Shown: positions 36,893-46,500 of the stretch, in pieces
Numbering within the stretch: the stretch's first letter is position 1
Layout of the letters: every line of letters starts with the position of its first letter
DNA from: a virus
Taxonomy: Duplodnaviria; Caudoviricetes
Strand: one strand, 5' to 3'
Length of the DNA: 55,738 nt
IMG/VR virus record: IMGVR_UViG_3300037243_000147
Span: 1 to 55,738 of that record
The notes under the pieces: model-generated
Told to the model about the DNA's origin: nothing
Seen by the model: only the letters and a program-made list of their open reading frames with translations
Databases searched by the model: none
Made by a program: the position numbers and the translations under genes

Positions 36893-39547
36893 GTGAGACG
36901 ATTATTGCTTAGAACGATACTATTGCTCTTGCTATCGTCTCTACCTCTATCGGCCCAGAGTCATACATTTTGTGCGTCCGATTCCAATTGTACCTATACC
37001 GGCAACAACACTTTCACAGGTAGCAATACCTTTACCGGCCCCACTACCTTTACCTCCCCCCTCGTCGCCCCCTTATGCTCCTACACTGTCGCTACCCTCC
37101 CCACCAACTTCCCCGCTAACGCTGTCTGTCTCGCTACCGACGCTAACCCTACCTGTACTATTGGCGGCGGCACTATCACTCCCGCTATCTGCCAATATAA
37201 CGGGTCAATATGGACGACATTAGCCATGGGTGGCGGGGGCGGAGTATGGGGATCGATCACAGGCACTCTATCCTCACAAACCGACTTGCAATCTGCGCTC
37301 AACGCCAAGGCTAATATCAACGCCAACACTACCGGCACATCAGGGGGGTTGGCAGGGAATCCGTCAATATCGGTTACAAATGTTACGGCATCAGGCACTA
37401 TCGCGGTGGGCACAACGTTGCCGAGCGGCGCGCCAACGGGAACCGTGGCGGCTAACGCAGTGTGTAATTGGAATGGACCAATCGATGTGAAGGCATGTTT
37501 CGGCGCAAAAGGCGACGGCACTACCATCGATAGTACGGCGATTCAAAACGCCTTTGATTACGCCGACGCTGGCTCGATTCACCCCACGGTGTACTTTCCA
37601 TCCGGGGTGTATATCGCAGAGGGTTTAGACCTGCCATGCGGCCCCTATATTGAAGGCTCAACGGAAGGCAATGGCGTGATACTCAAGCTGCCACCAAGCA
37701 CAGCAGCGAGCTATTTGGCGCAGACTGCGCACACGGACGGGAGTTGCGAGTACACCTACATCGAGCACATGCGATTCGACGGCAATGTGCAGAACGGGTC
37801 AAGTGTCTCAATAGCAGTAGTGAGCCTACAGAGCAGCGTATTTAATCAATCGGAGTTCAGCAATTCCCTGGTAACGAACTATACTGGCGCACCGGGTATT
37901 CTCATTGGGCCCGGGACAGCAGGCGACGGCGCAGGCGCGCTGATTTTAGAAAATGATTGGGTGCAGACAGGAGGCGGCGCAAACGCTCCGGGCATCGTTA
38001 TCAGTAGTTTTCTGGGCAGCAATGAAGGCTACGTCTCGGGCATTCGGCTCCATCATGTACAGATCGAAGGCACCGGGGCGCAGCCTTGTTTGACCTATCA
38101 ATCGAAGAACCCGACCAAGATGCGCAATAACACGGTAGATGACCTATGGTGTGGAGGCTTTACCGGCGATGGCGTTTACGTCAACGGTCTAACCTTCTCC
38201 CAGTTTAGCGGAGTGTATTTCTACGCCGGCGGTAGTCCATCCACCGCCAACAGCGGCATTCACATCGTCACACCAACACTCGGAAGTTCAACCTACGGCA
38301 ATAACTTCTTTGGCGTGTGGACTTCAAACGCGCCTTACCCGGCGATCCAAGACGACATCAATTCCTACACATCGCCTTATGCGGTAGGTATGTACCTCCA
38401 GCAATCCGCGATCAACATGGAGAGCAAGATTCTCGGCACCTTTAAGACAGCAGCCGGAACACCTTATGCGGTGCAGTGCTTTGATTCGACCGGGACGGCG
38501 GTTGCCTGCGCGGGATTGTCGGTGTCTAATCCCAACCCCGGATTGCTTATCGCGGCGAATGGTCAGGATGGCCTCCTCACGCTGAAAGACACGCGGGCGG
38601 CGGCGCAAGGTGTTGGCGGTGGATGGAGCGGCGTAGGTATCTACGATGTTGGTGGGGATTACACAGGCTTCGGTGGCTTCAGCGCGGTGAAATTTAATTC
38701 AACGCTAGGCGATTCGCAGGGTATGGCGCTGATGCAAAACGACTCCTCGGGTGTGCTGCGCAATCAGTGGTTCGTCAACAATTCCGGCGCGGGATTGATG
38801 AACAACAGCAACACGGTACTCGGCTATATCGACACAAGCGGCATCTATCACGGCCCTGCAACATCGCTCTCGTTAGGCGCGAACGGTTGCATCCCTTATC
38901 AGACCAGTGCTACTACCACGGCCTGTCTCTCTGGCAACACGGCAGCAACCGATAATGTGCTGGTTAGTCATGGCACAGGATCAGCCGCGCAAGCACCGAC
39001 GCTTACCAACGCACCAGCTATTAGCCTAGCCAATGCGACCACGCCTGCACCTACATCGAGCGCCTTGGCTTCCGCGCCGTCTGGATGCTCAGCGGGTTCT
39101 GCTCCAACGGGTGTAGCGGCAAATGGCAACGCCTCTGGTTGCACAGCGTACGATCCCCTTGGTACTGCAACTACGGCAATTTCGGGAACGCGGGCGACTT
39201 GGGCAGCGACCAACCCGCTCAGTTCACTCGGGACAAACTGCTGGGGAGCCTGGACACCATCGGTAAATATCACGATCACTCGCATCAGCGCATCGTCGGG
39301 CAATGGGGTGTTCACAACCTGTTCGACCTCATGGCCAAACGTGGACATTGCGCAGATTGGCGGCAGTGTGTTGACCTCCCACTATTCATGGACGAGCGCC
39401 AGCGGGGTCGTAGATTCCGGCGTGATTCCAGGCGGCGTTGCAATCACCGCAGGCACGCCGCTCCAATTCTGCACCACGGCGGGCAGCGGTTGCTCCGGTG
39501 GCTCGATGGGCTACATAGATTTCACGATGGAATACATTCCATGGTAG
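36893..39547 (+). CDS. tailspike-like beta-helix (pectate-lyase-like) protein with N-terminal signal peptide
   Basis: DVKACFGAKGDGTTIDSTAIQNAFD...VYFPSGVY cap motif; WGSITGTLSSQTDLQSALNAKA; MRRLLLRTILLLLLSSLPLSA-Q signal. Confidence 0.8.
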   Translation: MRRLLLRTILLLLLSSLPLSAQSHTFCASDSNCTYTGNNTFTGSNTFTGPTTFTSPLVAPLCSYTVATLPTNFPANAVCLATDANPTCTIGGGTITPAICQYNGSIWTTLAMGGGGGVWGSITGTLSSQTDLQSALNAKANINANTTGTSGGLAGNPSISVTNVTASGTIAVGTTLPSGAPTGTVAANAVCNWNGPIDVKACFGAKGDGTTIDSTAIQNAFDYADAGSIHPTVYFPSGVYIAEGLDLPCGPYIEGSTEGNGVILKLPPSTAASYLAQTAHTDGSCEYTYIEHMRFDGNVQNGSSVSIAVVSLQSSVFNQSEFSNSLVTNYTGAPGILIGPGTAGDGAGALILENDWVQTGGGANAPGIVISSFLGSNEGYVSGIRLHHVQIEGTGAQPCLTYQSKNPTKMRNNTVDDLWCGGFTGDGVYVNGLTFSQFSGVYFYAGGSPSTANSGIHIVTPTLGSSTYGNNFFGVWTSNAPYPAIQDDINSYTSPYAVGMYLQQSAINMESKILGTFKTAAGTPYAVQCFDSTGTAVACAGLSVSNPNPGLLIAANGQDGLLTLKDTRAAAQGVGGGWSGVGIYDVGGDYTGFGGFSAVKFNSTLGDSQGMALMQNDSSGVLRNQWFVNNSGAGLMNNSNTVLGYIDTSGIYHGPATSLSLGANGCIPYQTSATTTACLSGNTAATDNVLVSHGTGSAAQAPTLTNAPAISLANATTPAPTSSALASAPSGCSAGSAPTGVAANGNASGCTAYDPLGTATTAISGTRATWAATNPLSSLGTNCWGAWTPSVNITITRISASSGNGVFTTCSTSWPNVDIAQIGGSVLTSHYSWTSASGVVDSGVIPGGVAITAGTPLQFCTTAGSGCSGGSMGYIDFTMEYIPW

Positions 39548-39608
39548 GCAACGTCGGCATTAGCACTACATTGCCTGAGCTTGACCGTAATTGTTAAGGA
39601 TTATAGAT

Positions 39609-40691
39609 ATGTCATCGCCATCCATCCCGCCCATACCCTCACCGCTATACTTACTTGACCAATCACTACTACCGTGGCTGATCACCACCGGTAATGCGGG
39701 CCAGATTATCGCTACTCTTGTCGTTACCACTCCATCCACCTACCCCCTCTACCCTCCAGTCCCGTATGTATTACTAACCGACACCGCCACCTCTCTAGTC
39801 TGGAAATTGACCATCATCTCCACCGGAATATATCCGAATCTGTTAACCAATCTCCAAATCACTCTGTCATCGGGAGTCAATGTACCATCCGGTATATTAG
39901 CCCCGTCCCCGAACCTTACCAATTACCTCATTACCGTTACCAACTCTACTCTCACTACCACTCTCGCCCCATTCTTCCCCGGCAATAATAGATTGGGTCA
40001 GACTACAATTAGCACTCTAGCCTTTCGAGTCCAGCAGCGTTTAGAGGAAGAGGGGACGACAGCGGGCGAGTTCTGGTCGGTACAGTATGAGATTTATACA
40101 GCATTAGTCGAGGCCATCTCCGACCTCATGCTATTGGTGGGACGACCTACCCAGTCAGTCCAAATCCCATACTCATTTACTTTGAATACCCCATGGCAAA
40201 CAATGCCGACAGGTGTGTTTCTGATTACAAATATCTGGGGGCCGCAGGGTAATATCAGGAAAGTGGATTTGCACAGTATGGATTACGTAATGTCATCCTG
40301 GGGGCCGGGGTGGGAGTCGGACAGTAGTGTGAATGGCCCGCAGCGATGGTTCCCAATCGGACTCACCACCTTCGCCGTCCATCCCGCGCCATCCGTATCC
40401 CAAGTTGTAGCTATCGACGGGATTGCATTCCCCACCACCTCTACATGGCCGTACAGCGGCTCAGAGACAGTTCCATTCTCAGATGAGTTCTTTGTCGCGT
40501 TGGAAGAATATAGCTGCTCCTGTTTGCGTTTGAAAGAGGCGGGCAGCGAATTTCAAGATTCAATGTCCCTCTACAACTCCTATTTACAACTCGCTCGCCG
40601 CATGACTGAAATCCAGGACCGCCGTGATCCACTCATATTCTCACCTGTACTTGGCGGGACTGCCGGACTGCACTCACTCACCAAAAGGTAG
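39609..40691 (+). CDS. adaptor/tail tubular A-like structural protein
   Basis: RVQQRLEE...FWS..EIYTAL.EA; VHPAP; ALEEY...LKE pattern after an N-terminal beta extension. Confidence 0.6.
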   Translation: MSSPSIPPIPSPLYLLDQSLLPWLITTGNAGQIIATLVVTTPSTYPLYPPVPYVLLTDTATSLVWKLTIISTGIYPNLLTNLQITLSSGVNVPSGILAPSPNLTNYLITVTNSTLTTTLAPFFPGNNRLGQTTISTLAFRVQQRLEEEGTTAGEFWSVQYEIYTALVEAISDLMLLVGRPTQSVQIPYSFTLNTPWQTMPTGVFLITNIWGPQGNIRKVDLHSMDYVMSSWGPGWESDSSVNGPQRWFPIGLTTFAVHPAPSVSQVVAIDGIAFPTTSTWPYSGSETVPFSDEFFVALEEYSCSCLRLKEAGSEFQDSMSLYNSYLQLARRMTEIQDRRDPLIFSPVLGGTAGLHSLTKR

Positions 40692-40696
40692 CTGTC

Positions 40697-40876
40697 ATGC
40701 CGTGGGGTGTATGGGAGGGTCGTGATAGTCCCGATGGCAATATCCATGTCGCTCCCTGTCGTAAAGACGGTACGCCTGTCCCACCACACTCAATCTCTGT
40801 AGACTGCCCCTGTCTTCCCGATTCCCGCGAAGGCTTGGATGGCGTAACGATAGTAGTTCATAACCAGATTCAGTGA
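40697..40876 (+). CDS. small His/Cys metal-binding protein
   Basis: Hand-translated ...IHVAP...PH...DCPCLP...VVHN. Fills the gap. Confidence 0.55.
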   Translation: MPWGVWEGRDSPDGNIHVAPCRKDGTPVPPHSISVDCPCLPDSREGLDGVTIVVHNQIQ

Positions 40877-40942
40877 CTTACACATTGCGATTATCCCCAA
40901 GTAGAGGTAAACTTTTCAATCAGAAAGGATCACTCATCTACC

Positions 40943-41407
40943 GTGGCCACCACATTCTCCAACAAGTCCGCACCCATTACCCCCGCTAGTCAGCGCCGTG
41001 CCGATCCCAATTCCATTAACCTTGCCGACTACAAAGGCGATATCCGTGTATGCCCATTCTGTAAACCACTCGACCGACTCGGGGGCAGAGCATGTGGTCA
41101 GTGTATGTCCAGAGGGTATGTGGCAGTGTGTTTGAATTGTGATGGGACCGGACTCCACACCGCCAAATCAGTCTGGGATGGGAAATCGGATCACACATCC
41201 ACATGTAACCTGTGCGGCGGGCGTGGGCTATTTCCAGCCAGTGAGCGTGAGTATGTGGCTGCAGGTGGAGAGTTGGATGGGGAGGATGCGGATACTGGTA
41301 ATGACGGCTCAACTATTACTGCTGTCGCTACCTCGCCAATGCCCGATATCATCTCGCCGATGAAGAATACCCAGATTACCAGACCGAAACCTGATGGTGG
41401 CAAATAA
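40943..41407 (+). CDS. DnaJ-type zinc-finger (CxxCxGxG repeat) protein
   Basis: CPFC, CGQCMSRG, CLNCDGTG, CNLCGGRG. Confidence 0.75.
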   Translation: MATTFSNKSAPITPASQRRADPNSINLADYKGDIRVCPFCKPLDRLGGRACGQCMSRGYVAVCLNCDGTGLHTAKSVWDGKSDHTSTCNLCGGRGLFPASEREYVAAGGELDGEDADTGNDGSTITAVATSPMPDIISPMKNTQITRPKPDGGK

Positions 41408-41428
41408 GGGTAGAGAGGGCGGTGCAGA

Positions 41429-42601
41429 GTGGCCAATCCCGTCGGCAACGCCAATTTCCGCACAGTCAACAGCCTGATGTGTGAGATTTCAGTTTTACAC
41501 TTATGTCAACCCATTGTAATCCAACCTCTCGCCTCTCCCTCTATCGCCGCCACCCCCGCTACCCTTACCATTACCTCCACTCTCAACTTGTCAGGCTCCC
41601 CCACAGTGCCCTCGCTAACCTTCCTCGGTACACAGTTGGTCATCATGGACGGCAATAATACCGAGGTTATCACTGTCATTAGTGTTATTAGTCCGACTCA
41701 ATTTACCGCTAACACTCTATATCCACATCCAGCAGGGGTATTAGTGGAGGGTGCGCCATTCCCATCACAAGCTCAAACTGATCCACTACTCACACAGAAT
41801 GAAGTCCTCGGCTACATAGCTCGCGCCCAAAACGATCTACTCGTTGAATGTCCGTGTATCATGCAATTGTTCCAGCAAAATATTCTACCCGGTGCCATCT
41901 ATAACTCAGTGCCGCCAACCTCCATCGAATTGAATCGGCTGGCATCGTCAGCGCCAGTGATAGCCATAACCTCACTGACTCGCACCTCCAATGTTGTGAC
42001 CGCTATCTCGATATCTCCACACGGATATATACCCAATCAGCCATTCTCTATCCTCACATCCCCCGCCGACCCCACCTTCATTGGAGCCTTCGCTGTCGCT
42101 ACCATTATCAGCCCCACTGAATTTACCTATACACAGTATGCTGCCAATGCCACTACCTCTGTATTGGGGATTACAGCGGGGCTATGGACTAGAGCCTATG
42201 AGGTCAGTCAGGAAGAGTTGTCATGTCAGAATCCTTCATGGAGGTCGAGCCATATTACCTCGATAAAATCCTTTTACGAAGATCGCACGGGGCTATACGG
42301 ATTTGGAGTCTCGGGTATCCCAGCGATAGGCTTCCCGATTGAATTGTTATGCGCGGTCAGAGATACAGATACATTGGCATTGACCGACCATTTTCTTTGT
42401 CCGGACATAGCCCTCCACTACCTGAAATACCGCGCCTTGTCTTATGTCTGGTCAAAAGATGGTGAAATGCGTGACCCAGTTCGCCAACGCTATGCCGACG
42501 ATAGATACGCTCGCGGGATCAAAACACTCCGAAGGTGGATGGAGTGGGCAGGCGTTCAAAGCGCTATGTCTGGGGCTGACACCATGGGAGCCTCAAAGTG
42601 A
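41429..42601 (+). CDS. adaptor-like structural protein with inserted beta domains
   Basis: LTQNEVLGYIARAQND...LKYRALSYVWSKDGE. Internal ITSLTRTSNVVT...HG...FTY domain. Confidence 0.6.
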   Translation: MANPVGNANFRTVNSLMCEISVLHLCQPIVIQPLASPSIAATPATLTITSTLNLSGSPTVPSLTFLGTQLVIMDGNNTEVITVISVISPTQFTANTLYPHPAGVLVEGAPFPSQAQTDPLLTQNEVLGYIARAQNDLLVECPCIMQLFQQNILPGAIYNSVPPTSIELNRLASSAPVIAITSLTRTSNVVTAISISPHGYIPNQPFSILTSPADPTFIGAFAVATIISPTEFTYTQYAANATTSVLGITAGLWTRAYEVSQEELSCQNPSWRSSHITSIKSFYEDRTGLYGFGVSGIPAIGFPIELLCAVRDTDTLALTDHFLCPDIALHYLKYRALSYVWSKDGEMRDPVRQRYADDRYARGIKTLRRWMEWAGVQSAMSGADTMGASK

Positions 42602-42603
42602 CA

Positions 42604-43431
42604 CTACTCGTCTGGAAAATTCAAAACAGCAAACTTTCCGTAGCGAATCTTAGCGGCCTTATCGTAGGCCCTCGCCGCTTCCTCTTCAGTGTTAAAGGTT
42701 CCCAAGTAAATTTTCGCAATCATGGCTCGACACGTTCCACAGGAGTTAATAACTGTGCCCGTGTATTTTGCCCCGCTCTTCCTTTTTCTGGGGGCATGAT
42801 TGGCTGTATTTTCTCGGTACGTTGCAGGTCTAAGATTCGATTCCCGGTTGTCAAGAGGATTTCGATTCTTGTGATCTCCCACCATCCCTTTGGGAACAAC
42901 TATGATGAAATCGTGCATAGCCAAGGACCGTCCTACTTTGCTGCCGAAGGAGGCTGTGGTCAGTCTCCATGCTCCGTACTCGTCCAGGCACGCGTGCCAA
43001 GTGATTTTAGAGAGACGGGCATAATTCTTTGCGTCAACAATGCCGTACTGTCCTTGAGTTGCTGGAATATAGCGGCAGGTATCATCTCCCAAGATAAACT
43101 CTTCATTACGCTCAGGAGGCTTTTCGAGTTTCTTAAAACACGCCCAACATATCTGATTGCGTCTCGATTTCCATTCGCCACAGGCGCAGAGATCGTAGTC
43201 GCGATGATGCTTGGGGTGAAGTTTTCCGTCTGTTGCATACTTTTGTCTTCGATCCTCTTTGTAGCAGACCCAGCAAAACTCAGACGTTTTTCGTTTCCAT
43301 GCCCCGCATCCGCAGCGGTCAAAGCGCCACGGGTATTTGAGAATAGTTTCTTCGAGAACGGGATTGTGATTACTGCTAGAATGGTCGAAGGGCGGTTCGA
43401 CACCAAGCACCAACTTGGGCATGATCATCAC
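42604..43431 (-). CDS. 2xZn-ribbon + HNH + AP2 homing endonuclease
   Basis: Two CxCG.WK...CWxC repeats; MHDFI...GDHKNRNPLDNRESNLR; YLGTFNTEEEAARAYD...GKFAVLNFP. Confidence 0.92.
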   Translation of the reverse strand: MMIMPKLVLGVEPPFDHSSSNHNPVLEETILKYPWRFDRCGCGAWKRKTSEFCWVCYKEDRRQKYATDGKLHPKHHRDYDLCACGEWKSRRNQICWACFKKLEKPPERNEEFILGDDTCRYIPATQGQYGIVDAKNYARLSKITWHACLDEYGAWRLTTASFGSKVGRSLAMHDFIIVVPKGMVGDHKNRNPLDNRESNLRPATYRENTANHAPRKRKSGAKYTGTVINSCGTCRAMIAKIYLGTFNTEEEAARAYDKAAKIRYGKFAVLNFPDE

Positions 43432-43466
43432 CTTGCACGTGAGATTGTGCGGTCGGGCCGCACTTC
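43387..43466 (+). ncRNA. candidate cis-antisense three-way-junction RNA of HNH gene 43431
   Basis: P1 GAAG-GCGGUUCGAC/GUCGGGCCGC-CUUC, P2 CCAAG/CUUGG, P3 GCAUGAUC/GAUUGUGC + UCAC/GUGA. Extended -10 TGcTAGAAT at 43374-43382. Confidence 0.65.
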
Positions 43467-43505
43467 TGTATTGTATCAGGTACCTGTGTGGGGGAGGGGC
43501 TAAAA

Positions 43506-46500
43506 ATGGCGGGGACAGTTTACAAACCGACCGTTCTCCTCCTGCGTAGCAAAGGTATTCAAGCTCGGGACGCTGTGGACAGAGTGGTCGAGCATGGCTA
43601 CTTGAATATGGCAGGTTGCTTGGAGAGAGAGGAGCAGGCGGTCAGCTCACGCTACGGGACAATTATACTTAATCGCGATCCCATCGGCACAGGCACTAAC
43701 AACTATTTGTTCACCTCTCCCCCTATCACATTGACTCGTCTCAAATCTTTAACTGGAGCCACATTCAGATACGCTGCTTTAGCTGACGGTTCTCTATGGC
43801 GTCGTGCCACCGATATCCAAGGTGCATACACTCGCATTCTCGCCGCCGCCACCCTCTCCGGCCTCCCCTTTACCTCACTCGTCACTACCATGTACGAATC
43901 CTCCCAACCCTACCTCCTACTCTGCGATGGCAAGCAGATGTTCAAGGACAATGGCATACTATCGGCCCCGCAGCAACTAGGCATCTTCCCCCCTCTGATG
44001 CCCGCTATCTCTGCCGCCTACGCTCCTCAATTCAAAGTATTCTCTACCTTCTCCGACTACGTTACACGTACCGTAACAGACGCGGTAACAAACTCCACCG
44101 GCACAGTTACCAGTGCTACCGCCAATTTCACGAACGCCGATGTGGGATTGTATGTGATTGGTACTAACATTCCCGCCGGTGCCACGATCATTTCAGTTAC
44201 AAACTCCACTACGATTATCATGTCTATCGCCGCCACTGGATCAGTGTCCGGGGGGACGCTCACAATAACTAGTTACAATGCCGAAAACGGTCTGACTATC
44301 AGCACCTACAACGACTTCCTCAACATCTCCGGCCACTACTATGGACCTCAGCTCGGTGGCGATCACTACATGTACCAGTGGTCATTGACTCCCAATACCC
44401 CATCGCCAGTCCCCGACGGCGCACTAATCGCATCCGCCTTCTACACCGGCACCTACGGGATTAAATTCAATTCAGATTCCTTTAACGAAACCTTCCACTA
44501 TGTCTCCGATGACGGCCTTTATCAGCCCGTTGACAACTTTCACATGGACGCATTGACTACTAGTGTTACATCGTCATCGAACGGAACTATTTCATACTCA
44601 TTCCCGGCTACTCTCAACCTCTCCAATTACGCCCCCGCCGATATAATCGTAATCGTAATGAGGGTATTATCGCCGGGGAATGTATCGAGTGTTAGCGTGA
44701 ATTTTGACGTGGCAGGGTCAAACTACACGTCATCCTATTACACCAAAACTATCACCCCGGTCTCATACCAAGGATTCATTAGTAATCCATTATCGACGGA
44801 TGCTGTAACCGCACTGACCGATGCCGTACTCTTACAGTCGCTAACTGGATCAGCCACCACTACCACCCCTACCACTACCACCCCTACCCCCTCTACTACT
44901 ACTAATCCGGGCACTACCGCTGGGCCATTCGGATCATATCCATCTCCATCATCTACATCCTCCGACGTTACCAGTCTTAGTGATCAGATTGCCCAACTCA
45001 ATCCCCCCAATCTAGCCTCGAACGGCGCGTGGTCGGCGATATATTTACAGAAGGGTGATTTCCTCCCCGTAGGCAACGCCAACACTCCAGGATTAGACTG
45101 GACGGTAATTACAGGGTTCCAGATAGCCATAGTCACGAATACCGATGGCGGGACAGAGGTAGATTTCAACTCACTGTATATACAAGGGAGTCCGACTATA
45201 TCTGGAGTAGGGACATTGGCTGGCCCATCTAGTTATGGCGGGGTAGGGTATGACTTCAGATACATATATTATAATGCCGCCACTGGCACTCCAGCCAACC
45301 CAAGCTCGATACAATTATTTGCTCAAACCCCACTCAATCCGGGCGAGACATCCACACTAATTGTCCTCCGCCAAGCTATCGATATTGTCGGTCAATATTC
45401 CCCAGATACCCAAGTTACCCATGTCAAGCTATTCGTCCGTGGCGGATTATACGGCGATAACTGGCGCTATGTCGATCTCATCCCCAATCTCCCCGCATCC
45501 ACCCCTAATGAGACTATCGCTTTCATCTCAGTCAGTGGAACCACTGTCACTATCACCACTCTTACCGTTAACGCCTTCACTCCCAATCTATCCATCATCC
45601 TCAATGGCCTTACCTCCGCTCCCGCACTCAATGGCCAAACTGTCGCCATCACCGCCACCCCCACCCCATCTCAAATCCAGTTCACATTCGCCGGTCTGAC
45701 CCCGACCACGGTAATAACCGAAACCGGCACCATTACCCTCACCCCCGCTAGTCTATCTGCATTCGGAAATAGTGCCGGCCTATTCTCATACCGCTACATC
45801 CTCCCCGATACTGCTCTCCAACAGGGCGAGATACTAGGGCTTGCTAATGACGTACCCGTAACCTCGTCCCTCCAATCGCCTATTAACTCCACTCTGACTA
45901 CTCCAGTTCAATCTATCGCCAGCCCCAATATCAACTACCCGACATTTACCACCGTGGGGGTGGCCGGGGGATTGAGTGCCAGTTTCGTGGCCAATCAGAT
46001 TATAGTCGTCGGTAACACTAGTAATCTCGAACAGGTCATTGCAGTCCATCAGTCTACAGGGGGGTTTACCGCGTGGTTCCAGTATAGCCATGCGATTGGG
46101 GAGCCGGTACAGGCGTTTGCAGTACCCGCTCAACCTGTACCACTCTCAGCTATAGCTTACGGGACAGTGTGGTACGCGGGGGATACTAACAATCCTCACT
46201 ACCTCTACTACGCCAACAAAGGGTATGGCGGCGAATGTGTATCCCCCCAGAACTACATCCCATGCGGGACACCATCTGACCCGATAGTTCTAGTGGTGAA
46301 TAAACGCGGGACTCTATTTGTCTCTACCCTGTCAACTTGGTATCAGATATTTCCCGGCAACCCCCCTTATGCTCAATCCACAGGTAGTAAACATGGAGCA
46401 GTGGCCTCATTTGGCTGGGGGGATGCAGAAGGTGAATTATACTATGAGGCTGCTGACGGGATACGCACATTCAAGGGGTCGGATGGGACATACAAATCCC

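Noticed and set aside
42598-43503. 301-aa plus-strand ORF
   Set aside because: It is the antisense shadow of the well-supported HNH-AP2 gene and has no protein-like motifs.
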